A stretch of DNA of 64,000 bases, taken from Chloroflexota bacterium. Lineage in GTDB: Bacteria; Chloroflexota; Dehalococcoidia; UBA2979. The notes below the pieces were generated by a model. The model saw only the letters and a list, made by a program, of their open reading frames with translations. It did not search any database and was not told the DNA's origin. The stretch covers positions 1 to 64,000 of the forward strand of contig JAQCIU010000009.1 in the NCBI GenBank assembly GCA_027593235.1, read 5' to 3'. This document shows positions 34,969 to 44,659 of the stretch, piece by piece. Position numbers and translations under genes: made by a program. Numbering within the stretch: the first letter of the stretch is position 1; every line of letters starts with the position of its first letter.

Positions 34969-37900
34969 TTAGTCATCGTGACCGCCGTGGTGCCCACGGC
35001 CCTGCCACCAGATCGACGTGTACGGCCAGTGGCCGCCACGCTTGTACGGCCAGTACCCGAACCCTGCGTTGCGCAGGATCGTCTCGACGATTGCCGCCTC
35101 GGCCTGCGCCGGAAGCTGTCCACCCTCGACGAGGTTGCACAGCGCAGGCAACGACGGGTGCTGGTAGCGATCGAGGTGATCGCAGATCTCCTCCACCCGC
35201 GTGTTCCCGTTCGCCTCCCACTCCACGAACACCGTTGCCTGTGGCTCCCCGCCATCGAGCACCCCGTCACCATCGAGGTCGGCCCACGCGAGGATCACAT
35301 CCGTGCCGGCGCCGCCGTCACCTCGGTAGCTCCCGGTGGCGCGGCCCTTGTTGTCGGTGCGCTCCTGGTCCGTCTCGCCCTGGTTCGGGCCGCTCGTCAC
35401 CTGGAATCGAACCAGCACGCCGCTCACCTGCGGCGACACGGTTGCCGTCACCTTGTGCATCTTGCCGACCGGCCGATCGTCGAACTGTGGTACCAGCGAA
35501 ATCGCCGAAGCGTTGAGTGCCGTCCACTGCTTCGTCGCGATCGCCTGCGGCTCGCCGTTGTCCACGCGCCCATCTCGGTCGAGATCGACCCAGGCGAGAA
35601 TCACGTCGCTGCCGACGCCACCCTTGCCCTCATAGGACAGATCCGCGCGACCGCTCGAGTTCGTCTTGTCCGAACCCTTCGTCCCGTTGTTCGGCCCGGA
35701 CGTCACCTCGAACCGCACCAGCAGATCGCGCTGGGCAGGTGACACCGTCGCCGTCATCTGATGCTTGCTGTTCACCGGGTTCGTGTCGCTCGCGGGCGTC
35801 AACGACAGCGCCGGCGCCACCGCTGCAGTCCACTGCTTTGTCGCAACCGCCTGCGGCTCGCCTGCATCGATCTGGCCGTTGCGGTTGAAGTCCACCCACG
35901 CCAGCACTACGTCCGTACCGACACCCTTCGTGCCGACGTAGGAGAGGTCGGCACGACCGCCGTTGTTGGTGTCATCGGAACCCTTCGTGCCGGTGTTCGG
36001 GCCAGCCGTGACCTAGAATCGGACTAGCAGCCCGCTCTGCGCCGGCACCACGGTCGCCGTCATCGAATGCCGCGTGTTCACCGGGTTCGTGTCGTTCGCC
36101 GGTGTCAGCGCGAACGAGCTGGCGGCCACCGCCGTCCAGCCTCGGATCACCGCCGTCTGCGGCTCGTTGGCGTCGATCACGCCATCGCCATCGGTGTCGG
36201 CCCAGACCAGCACCAGATCGGATCCGACACCGCCACTCCCGAGGTAAGCGAACGTCGCTTGCCCGCTGGAGTTGGTCAGCGCGATCCCTTCACGTCCCAG
36301 GTTCGGTCCCTGGTTGACCCGGAACCGCACCAGCACGCCGTTCACCGTCGGCGACACCGTCGCCGTTACCGTGTGCTGCGTGTTCACCGCACCGCTGCTG
36401 CTCGTCGGCGTCGCACTGATGCCGCTGGCCTGCGTCGAGGCCCAACGTTGCGCCGCCGTCGCCTGCGGCTCGTTCGTGTCCCGCACACCGTTGTTGTTCA
36501 CGTCGAGCCACGCCATCACCGCGTCGGACCCGACTCCCCCGTCTCCGAGGTAGGCAAACGTCGCGCGCCCCAGGCTGTTCGTCACGCCAACCCCTGCGTC
36601 ACCCTTGTTCGGCCCCGCCGAAACGAAGAACCGCACAATCGCGCCGCTCTGCAGCGGTCCGACCGTCGCCGTCACCGTGTGGGTGGTCCCCACCAACGAA
36701 ACGTTGTCCAGCGGCGCCAGCACAATCGACTTCACCGGAACCGTCGACGTCCACGTCTTGGCCGCCGTCGCCCGCGCCTCGCCGCTGTCGAGCACCCCGT
36801 CGTCGTCGGCATCGATCCACGTCGCGATCGCGTCAGTCCCGGTCGTCGTTCCCCAGTAGCTGAAGGTCGCCTGACCGGCGGTATTCGTGAGCACCCGGCT
36901 GACCGCACCAATGTGCGGCCCCGCCGTGATCCGGAACCGCACGACCAGACCCGACTTCGCCGGGCTAGCCGTGGACGTCACCGTGTGAACCGTCCCCACG
37001 CGGTTGCTCGCCGTTCCTGGGGAGACAATGATCGTCTGGCTCGGCGTTGCGGTTCCCCAGTTCGCGGTCGCCTGTCCTCGCGGCTCGTTCGAGTCAAGCA
37101 GGAGGTTCTGATTCAGGTCCGCCCACGCAACGATCACGTCAACGCCGTCGCCACCGCGCCCAAGGTACGTATACGTGCCGCGCCCACCGCCATCGGTCAG
37201 CGCAACGCCGCGCGCCCCGGCGTTCGGTCCCGAGGTCACCTCGAAACGCATGTAGAGCCCGGACTGGGCCGGAGCCAGCGTCGCATTCACCGTGTGCTGG
37301 CCGCCGACCGCCCGCTGTGCTGTGCTCGGCGCTACGACCACGCCACTGGTCGACCCGGTGGTCCAGACCCGCGTGGCTGTCGCCTGCGCCTCGTTGCCGT
37401 CCCGGATGCCGTCCGAGTGAAAGTCCGGCCACGCCGTGATCGAATCGGTACCCAGACCGCCGTTCCCGCTGTAAGTGAACGTCGCCTGTCCGCTGGCGCT
37501 CGTAATCGCAATCCCCGAAGTCCCGACGTTCGGCCCACTCGGGATCTGGAACCGGACGAGGACGCCGCCTTGGGCGGGCGACAGAGTCGCCGTCAGCGTG
37601 TGTCCGCTGCCCTGCGTACCGCTGGAGCTGCTCGGCGAGAGCTGGATGCCCGTACCGGCGACACCGACCCACTGGACGATCGCTGCACTGACGGGTTCGG
37701 TGCTGTCACGGACGCCATCTCGGTCCAGGTCTGCCCAGACGAGAATCGCGTCGGTTCCCACACCGCCCGTGCCGTTGTAACTGAAGATCGCGAGCCCGTT
37801 CGAGTTCGTATCGAGCGCACCGCTGCCACCGGCATTCGGGCCCGATAAGACCTGGTAGCGAACCCGCACGCCACTTTGCGCCGGCGACACAGTCACACCC

Positions 37901-38094
37901 ACGGCATAGGACGAACCAATCTGGTTCGTCGCATTCGTCGGGCTCACCGACACGCTGCTGGTAATCGCCTGCTGCGCGTCCGCCCGCGTCGTGAGGATCA
38001 GCGCCATCGCTAGCGCTGCCACGAGGGCGACCGCGGCGATCCCGCCCAGTCGCCCCTTCGTCATTGGTGGTCTCGGCAGTTCGGTGAAACTCAT
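34969..38094 (-). pseudogene. large secreted protein with 9 tandem ~100-aa Ig-like (Big-1-like) repeats; in-frame TAG at 36013-36015
   Basis: ORFs 36013-38139 and 34969-35907 are in frame; repeat 7 reads LLVRF*VTAGPN versus repeat 8 LLVRFEVTSGPN; each repeat ends W.D.D.DG..D..EP. Confidence 0.85.
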
Positions 38095-38392
38095 TCGGGG
38101 CCCCGCAACCCTCCTGCGGACGCAAGGCGCCCGCGGCAATGATTAGAATCGTTGCATAATTGCATAGGAGAACGTCGTCCGAGGCCGTTAAGTTCCCGGA
38201 CCTCGAGGGCGCCCCGGCGCGATCCCTGCGCCACCTCCTTATGTATCGCGCCCACGACCGCGACGCAATGATCGTAAGAATACAGACAGCCACCCGCATG
38301 CGCCGCTCCGGCTGTTATTCCCGCGAAACGTTCGTCGCGGAACCGCGGATTCGCATACCGTGTGCCGAGTCACCAGCCACCGAGGGAGCGCC

Positions 38393-38788
38393 ATGCCATA
38401 CCGCGTCAACCACATTCACTTGAAGTCGCACGATCCCAAAGCGACCGCCGATTGGTGGGTCAAGGCCTTCAACTTCACCATCGTCGCCGACGTGGTCCGC
38501 GACGCCGGCGATCGGTTCATCACCTGCCAGAGCGAGGACGGGATGCGCGTCCCGATCTCCGAGCCAATGCCCGGCCAGACCTTCGCCCCCGGCGACGCGG
38601 GACTCCGCGAGGGCCTCGAGCACTTCGGCATCGACTCGGACGACCTCGAGACCGACATCGCCCGCCTCGAAGGCCTCGGCGCCACACTTCTCGACGGCCC
38701 GCGGAACAACGGACCGACGATGCGCATCGCCTTCATCGAGGCACCAGACCACGTCCGCGTCGAGCTGATCCAGCGCCTCGAGGGCTAA
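38393..38788 (+). CDS. VOC/glyoxalase family protein
   Basis: NHIHL, GLEHFG, AFIEAPDHVRVELI. Confidence 0.9.
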   Translation: MPYRVNHIHLKSHDPKATADWWVKAFNFTIVADVVRDAGDRFITCQSEDGMRVPISEPMPGQTFAPGDAGLREGLEHFGIDSDDLETDIARLEGLGATLLDGPRNNGPTMRIAFIEAPDHVRVELIQRLEG

Positions 38789-38835
38789 CTCACCTCGGCG
38801 GCGGCCTGACACGGGACCAGGGGGCGTATCCGGCG

Positions 38836-39519
38836 TTAGCGGGTCGCGAACGCCGCCAGGAACTCACTCTCGGTCGCCACCGTCACCGCCGCGAACGCGT
38901 CGTATAGCGCCGACTCCTCGTCACGGCAGACGTGCCAACCGGCCAGCGGCTCGCACAGCGCTGCTGGAAGTTCCCACGTCTCCGCCAACAGATCGGTCAA
39001 TTCGCAACGGTCCAGCCCGAACAGCCGGGTCTCCAGCCAGTGCAGTTCCTCGAACGTCTCGGTTTCCAGAATCGCCTCGACGTACAGCTCGAAGTTCTCG
39101 GGATCGAGTGTCATCGCAAGGATGCTCGCGTCGACGAGCACACCGGCCGCCGCCGTCTCACCGCCGAAGCGGCTCCACGCGCGAGCAACCGAGATTCCGT
39201 GATTCATCACGTCGTCGAACACCAGTGGCGAGTTCGGTGCGCCAAGCTCGCTGAGCAGGGCGCAGCCCACCGCGACCCGCGTCGCTTCCGCCACCCCGAT
39301 CGTCACGATCGCGTCGCGGACGTTCGAGACCGCCTTGCGACGGCTGAAGTACGCGCTGTTCGCCATCCGCAGCAACTGCATCGTCATCCGCGGATCGCTC
39401 TCGATCGCACGCGAGAAATCCGCCGCGCCCGCCCCCTCGTCCGAGGCCAATGCGAGCACCTCCCGCGCCGCGCGCGGAATCGGCGGTAGTTCGCTGAGCA
39501 GCTCGATCGTCAACGACAC
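38836..39519 (-). CDS. HDOD domain protein
   Basis: LPPIP, IESDP....LLRMANSAYF, AIVTIG, E..LFG.D, W.LP. Confidence 0.88.
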   Translation of the reverse strand: MSLTIELLSELPPIPRAAREVLALASDEGAGAADFSRAIESDPRMTMQLLRMANSAYFSRRKAVSNVRDAIVTIGVAEATRVAVGCALLSELGAPNSPLVFDDVMNHGISVARAWSRFGGETAAAGVLVDASILAMTLDPENFELYVEAILETETFEELHWLETRLFGLDRCELTDLLAETWELPAALCEPLAGWHVCRDEESALYDAFAAVTVATESEFLAAFATR

Positions 39520-39527
39520 CGCGACCC

Positions 39528-41603
39528 CTACGCCGACAGCAAGGAGCGATCGACGGAGCCCCAGTGGGTCGCCTCGCTCTGATCCTGCAACCGCGCACCA
39601 CCCGTCGTGATCGCCAGCAGCAGCCTGTCCAACTCCCCGCGATCGGATCCCTCGAGGGCGATCCCAATCCGAGGTGAGTTCTCCCGGTTCGACCGCACGA
39701 TCCCGACCAGCCGGATCGGCGGCGACCCGATCGGCTGCAGCAGGATGTCCAGCGTCTCGCCCACCTCGAAGTCCGCCGCCACGCCGATCCCCGCCCAGGA
39801 GACGTCCAGCGTCGCGCCAACGTGCGACCGCTTCGAATCGCGGCTACGAATCGCCAGCGGGATGCGCCAAGGGAATCGATACGTGTTCCGCTGCAACGTG
39901 CGCGTCCACAGCAATGGGATCGCGCTCGCCAGCAACAACGTGTTCAGCGTCGCCCAGAACAGGCTCCCCGCGATCAGCCATGGTGGGAACGAACCACTCG
40001 GACCGATCCCAAAGAGACCGGCCAACCCCAGCAGCACGGCTCCACCTGAAGCCGCCGCCAGTACCACCAGCGCGTATGCGTCGATCGATCGCTGCCCGGT
40101 GCCCCGCTTCGGCGTCACCGCGAACCCGAGCGACCGTGAGCCGGCAATCAGCGTCAGGCTCGCGCGCAGCGAGATCAGCATCTTCGCCAACGTAAATCGC
40201 TCCTGGCGCACCAGGCTGCGGAACCCTCGCTGGTTCAACACCGCCACCGCCATGCTCGACACCAGGTACGGCAGGAAAAAACCGAAGTAGCTCCACGGCG
40301 CGACATCGATCGGCGGCACGCCAAACAGCATCACGATCACCGGCAACAGGATCAGTAGGAACCGGATGTGGGCGTCGAAGTAATTGGACACCGACGAGAA
40401 GTAGCTCGCGCGCTGCCCAATCGACAGCCCCGGCGCGATCAACGGATTGTTCCGCGAACGGAGGATCTGCATCGCCCCCTGTGCCCACCGCAGCCGCTGC
40501 GTCTGAAACGAGACCGCGTCGTCGGGCGCGATCCCGTACGAGAGCGAGGTCGGGTCGTAGTAGGTCTTCCAGCCGGCGGCGTGCAACTTCTGCGTCGTCA
40601 GCATGTCCTCGATCACGCAGTCCGTGTTCATCCCGCCGATCGAATCGATCGCCGACCGCCGCAATACCGCGCACGACCCGCACCAGAACGCCGAGTTCGT
40701 CCGGTTCTTCGCGGTCATCACCACATCGAAGAACACGCGCTGCTCGTGCCAGTGATCCTGCGTTCCCAGGTTCTGCGCTGCCGTGTGCTGCACCGAGGTG
40801 AGGTTGTAGTAGTCCTGTGGCGTCTGCACGATCGCGATCCGCTCATCAACGAAGTACCCCAGCGTCCGCGACAGGAAGTCGCGCTGCGGTACGTGATCCG
40901 CGTCGAAGACCGCGATGAACTCCGCCGTCGAGTGCTTCAGCCCGTTGTTGATGTTCCCGGCCTTCGCGCCCTCGTTGGTCTCGCGCGTCAGGTAGTCGCA
41001 GCCAATCTCCGCCGCCATCGCGCGCATCGACTCGCGCCGGCCGTCATCCAGGATCACCGTGCGATGCGGGTACCCCATCGCCAGCACACCGAGGGCGGTC
41101 GCACGGACGATCTCCTCCGGTTCGTTGTACGTCGTGATCATCACGTCCACGGTGTGACCCGCTGCAAGCCGGAACGGTGCCTCACGCACCTCGGCCCACG
41201 TCACGTACCCCAGCAGCGTGGCGTTGAAGTAGATCCCCACCTCCACGAGGAACAGCGGCAAGTTGATGAAGATCACGCCCGTATCCAGCGTGTAGAACGC
41301 GCGCCACCCGAGATAGATCGCGCCCGCGACCACCATGCATGCGATCGCGACCTGCTTCGTCCTGATCGCTCTCGGCCCCGGCACCGAGGGCACCCGATAC
41401 ACCCCTTCGGGTCCCGACACCCGCAGCTCAGCCGGCTCGCCATCGCCGGTGCCGCCACCATCCCCCGAGGCGTTCGCTTCGCCGGTTCCGTTGCGACCGG
41501 CGTCGGCGCCGTGGAGCACGGCAAGCAACAGCAACGGCAGGCGCGACTTCGTTCGCGACCGCGGGAACGCTAGGGGGCGCTTGCCTGCTCGATGCGCACG
41601 CAT
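39528..41603 (-). CDS. bcsA: cellulose synthase catalytic subunit-like GT2 with C-terminal PilZ domain (start uncertain)
   Basis: TYNE, DDG, AKAGN, FDADH, QTPQ, FWCGS, ED, QRLRW, F.VTPK; PilZ motifs RNTYR and DVSWAG. Confidence 0.85.
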   Translation of the reverse strand: MRAHRAGKRPLAFPRSRTKSRLPLLLLAVLHGADAGRNGTGEANASGDGGGTGDGEPAELRVSGPEGVYRVPSVPGPRAIRTKQVAIACMVVAGAIYLGWRAFYTLDTGVIFINLPLFLVEVGIYFNATLLGYVTWAEVREAPFRLAAGHTVDVMITTYNEPEEIVRATALGVLAMGYPHRTVILDDGRRESMRAMAAEIGCDYLTRETNEGAKAGNINNGLKHSTAEFIAVFDADHVPQRDFLSRTLGYFVDERIAIVQTPQDYYNLTSVQHTAAQNLGTQDHWHEQRVFFDVVMTAKNRTNSAFWCGSCAVLRRSAIDSIGGMNTDCVIEDMLTTQKLHAAGWKTYYDPTSLSYGIAPDDAVSFQTQRLRWAQGAMQILRSRNNPLIAPGLSIGQRASYFSSVSNYFDAHIRFLLILLPVIVMLFGVPPIDVAPWSYFGFFLPYLVSSMAVAVLNQRGFRSLVRQERFTLAKMLISLRASLTLIAGSRSLGFAVTPKRGTGQRSIDAYALVVLAAASGGAVLLGLAGLFGIGPSGSFPPWLIAGSLFWATLNTLLLASAIPLLWTRTLQRNTYRFPWRIPLAIRSRDSKRSHVGATLDVSWAGIGVAADFEVGETLDILLQPIGSPPIRLVGIVRSNRENSPRIGIALEGSDRGELDRLLLAITTGGARLQDQSEATHWGSVDRSLLSA

Positions 41604-41748
41604 CGTGCTCCATTCAGATCGTCGGGGCGTCTCTACTAACCATCGAGGTTTTGCGAACCCCAAACGATGAGGAGATCCCCACGCCGCCCCGTTCCGGGAG
41701 CACCCTCGGACCCGCCCGCGAGAACACCAAGGCCCCGCGCAGCTATCC

Positions 41749-44229
41749 CTACCGCCCGCGCGCCCGCGCGAGCGCTTCCTCGCTGAACGTCGTGCCGACG
41801 TAGCCAGCGTCGACCAGCGCCTGGATCCGCGCGTCGTCCCATCCGAGGAGTTCGCGGTACACGTAGTCGTTGTCCGACCCCAGCTTCGGTGGCGGCCGCC
41901 GCGCGGGCATCGAGGTCGCGCGCAGCTTGAACAGCCGCCCCGGGTAGTCGGCCGTCCCGAGGTCATCGCGGGTGATCGGCTCGTACCAGTCGCGCGCCCG
42001 GAGCTGTCGGCAGCCGAACGCGTCGCAGTCGTCCTGCACCGGTCCGGCCGGCACGCCGGCCGCGACGAGCGCCTCGAACAGCTCCTCGCGGTTCCGCCCC
42101 ACCGTCACCGCCTTGATCGCTCGATCCACCTCGCGCCGTCGCGGCCAGCGGCCCGCGGCAGTGCCGAGCGACTCGTCCGAGGCGAGGTCGGTCAGTTCGA
42201 GGACGTCGCACAGCGCGCGCCATTGCGCGTCGGTCTGCACGTCGATCGCGATCCAGCGGTCGTCACCCGTGCAGCGGTAGGCGTTGTGCGGTGCGCGGCT
42301 GCGGTGGTCGTTCGCGACCGACTCGCGGACGCGGTCGTTCATCTGCTGGTCCAGGTACTCGACGCCCATGAGCTGCATAAACGCCTCGGCCTGCGGCACC
42401 TCGACCTGTTGGCCCTCGCCGGTGCGGGCGCGGTGCCGCAGCGCGGCCATCGTCGCGAACGCCGCGGTCAGCCCGGCGACCGAGTCACAGGCGTAGGTCT
42501 CGCCGGCCATGTCCGGCGTGCCGTCCGGGTAGCCGCGCAGGATCAGGTGCCCGGCCATCGCCTCCAGGTGGTTGCCCCAGCAGCGCCAGTTCCGGTAGTC
42601 GCCCGTCAGCCCGAGGCCCGGCATCCGCACGTAGATCAGCCGCGGATTGATCGCGCTCAGGACCTCCCAGCTGAGGCCAATCCGATCGATCGTCTCCGGG
42701 ACGTTGTTCTCGACGATCACGTCCGCGGTCTTCACCAGCTCGAGAAACGCCTCGCGGCCCTCGGCCGTCCGCACGTCCCCCGTGAACGATCGCTTGTCGA
42801 GGCTCGAACAGTTGAAGTTCACCGCGCGGTTCCACGGCGGGTCGTTCGGATCACCCGCCAGCCAGCCCGGGTTGTTCGTGTTGATCGGCCGGGTCTGCGG
42901 TTGAACCGTATTGATCGGCTCCATCTTGATTACCTCGGCGCCCCACTCCGCGAGGAGCTGCGCGGCAAAGGGGCCGGCCCAGACCACCGCCATATCGAGG
43001 ACGCGAATCCCCTGCAGTGGCAGCTCGCGCCACCCCGACGGCGCGGCCACCGGCGCCTCCCCCGAACGTTCGAGGTCCATGAGTTCCCGCAGCACCTCGT
43101 CGCGGTGCTCGTCGAGGAGCGGCGCGCGTTTCGCCTCCGGGCGCGGTGACGCCGACAGGATCGCCGGCCGCCCGTGGTAATCGAGGGCGCCCGCGACCGG
43201 GTGCTCGATCCGCTCCCAGACGCCGCGCGCGCGGAAGGTGGGGTCGGCCAGCGTGTCGGCGACGGTGTAGACCATCCCGCCAAGCACGCGGTGCTCCTGC
43301 GCGATCCGCACCGCGTCGCGCATCTCGTGCTGCAACGACCACCCGAGATACGCCGCCTCGATCTCCTCGACGAGGTCGATCGGCACCTCGTGCGCCGCAC
43401 CGCCGATCTCGGGACGTTCGGCGAGGTCGGGACGGCCGACCATCTTCAGCATCGCGTTCAGCCGGTCGAAGCCAAGCAGGTTGATAAACCCGTCCTGACA
43501 GGGCTTCACCCCGGTCGCGATCGCGAACGCCGCCGGACGGCGTTCGGCGATGTATCCCGTGTACGCGTGCCCCAGGATGTTGAGCTGGCGGCGGTCCTTG
43601 CCGCCCGCCTGCGTCTCGTAGATCGAGAGATCGATCGCGTCGCCACCGCCGCCCGCCTCCGCGCGGAAGGCAGCGAGCAAGACGGCGAACGCTGCCGTCA
43701 GCCCGGCATGCGAGAGCGCGAAGTCGCCACCGAGGCGCAGCGGTTCTCGCTCCGCGTGGCCGGTGGCGTACATCGCCCCGCCCATCGCCTGCAGCACGAG
43801 GTCGCTCTCCGGGAGCTGCGCATACGGCCCGTCCTGCCCGAACGGCGTGATCGAACAGACGACCAGCGCCGGCCGCTCCCGCCGCAACGCCTCGAGGTCC
43901 AGCCCCAGCTCCGCGAGCCGTCCGGGCGCCAGGTCCTCGACGACGATGTCGCTCACCCGAGCGAGCCGCGTCGCCAGCTCGATGCCCTCGAGAGTTTCGA
44001 GGTCAGCGACGACGCTGCGCTTGTTCGTGTTGCGCAGCAGGAACGACGCGCTGGCCTCGGGGTTCGGTTCGTCGCCCGGGAACGGGCCGTCGCGACGCGA
44101 ACGGTCGCCACCGGACGGCTCCAGCTTCGTCACGATCGCGCCAAAGTCGGCAAGCAGCTTTGTCGCGTGCGGACCGGCAACGCCCTGCGTCAGATCAAGG
44201 ACACGCAACCCCTCCAGCGGTGCAACCAC
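41749..44229 (-). CDS. two-domain family III CoA transferase (CaiB/BaiF)
   Basis: Two copies of L.G.RVLD...AGP...LLA..GA.V.K.EP, each ending (A/P)P.L(D/G). Confidence 0.92.
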   Translation of the reverse strand: MVAPLEGLRVLDLTQGVAGPHATKLLADFGAIVTKLEPSGGDRSRRDGPFPGDEPNPEASASFLLRNTNKRSVVADLETLEGIELATRLARVSDIVVEDLAPGRLAELGLDLEALRRERPALVVCSITPFGQDGPYAQLPESDLVLQAMGGAMYATGHAEREPLRLGGDFALSHAGLTAAFAVLLAAFRAEAGGGGDAIDLSIYETQAGGKDRRQLNILGHAYTGYIAERRPAAFAIATGVKPCQDGFINLLGFDRLNAMLKMVGRPDLAERPEIGGAAHEVPIDLVEEIEAAYLGWSLQHEMRDAVRIAQEHRVLGGMVYTVADTLADPTFRARGVWERIEHPVAGALDYHGRPAILSASPRPEAKRAPLLDEHRDEVLRELMDLERSGEAPVAAPSGWRELPLQGIRVLDMAVVWAGPFAAQLLAEWGAEVIKMEPINTVQPQTRPINTNNPGWLAGDPNDPPWNRAVNFNCSSLDKRSFTGDVRTAEGREAFLELVKTADVIVENNVPETIDRIGLSWEVLSAINPRLIYVRMPGLGLTGDYRNWRCWGNHLEAMAGHLILRGYPDGTPDMAGETYACDSVAGLTAAFATMAALRHRARTGEGQQVEVPQAEAFMQLMGVEYLDQQMNDRVRESVANDHRSRAPHNAYRCTGDDRWIAIDVQTDAQWRALCDVLELTDLASDESLGTAAGRWPRRREVDRAIKAVTVGRNREELFEALVAAGVPAGPVQDDCDAFGCRQLRARDWYEPITRDDLGTADYPGRLFKLRATSMPARRPPPKLGSDNDYVYRELLGWDDARIQALVDAGYVGTTFSEEALARARGR

Positions 44230-44238
44230 CGAGGCGGG

Positions 44239-44658
44239 CTAGCCGCGTGGCTGGCTGCGCGGACCAAACGGCTCCGGACGGAACGGATCGTCCCGTGCCT
44301 TCAGGAACGCCCCGAACCCACCCTCGGCCTGCGCCTTGTCCAGGTGCTCCGTGTCGGGACCGTCGTTCTCCGCCTCGACGATCGCGGAGATCACGCCGTT
44401 CATGTTAAGCGCGGAACGCAGCCCCATCGCCTCGAGACCGTAGGTGGTGATCGCCTTGTTCAGCCGCACCGACTCCGCCGGCACCTTCGCCAGCCGCAGC
44501 GCCAGCTCGCGCGCGCGCTCCATCAAATGATCGTGCGGCACCACCTCGTTGATCGCACCGATCCGCAGCGCCTCGGCCGCGTCGAAGTGATCGCCGGTCA
44601 GCGCGTAGCGGTGCGCGTTCTTCCAGCCGCAGAGAATCGCGAACAGCGGCGCCAGCGC
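44239..44658 (-). pseudogene. enoyl-CoA hydratase/isomerase, C-terminal half only
   Basis: ALTGDHFDAAEALRIGAINEVVP....ARELA.RLA..P...VRLNK is a crotonase C-terminus; the upstream sequence is the antisense of another gene. Confidence 0.8.
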
Positions 44659-44659
44659 C

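Noticed and set aside
36013-36015. Pyrrolysine read-through of TAG
   Set aside because: The position is a variable E/Q/R/F residue in the sister repeats, is not catalytic, and no pyl genes are visible.
39528-41966. 812-aa BcsA as given by the ORF track
   Set aside because: The N-terminal extension overlaps the CoA-transferase gene and has shadow-ORF composition; the true start is about 41603 or later.
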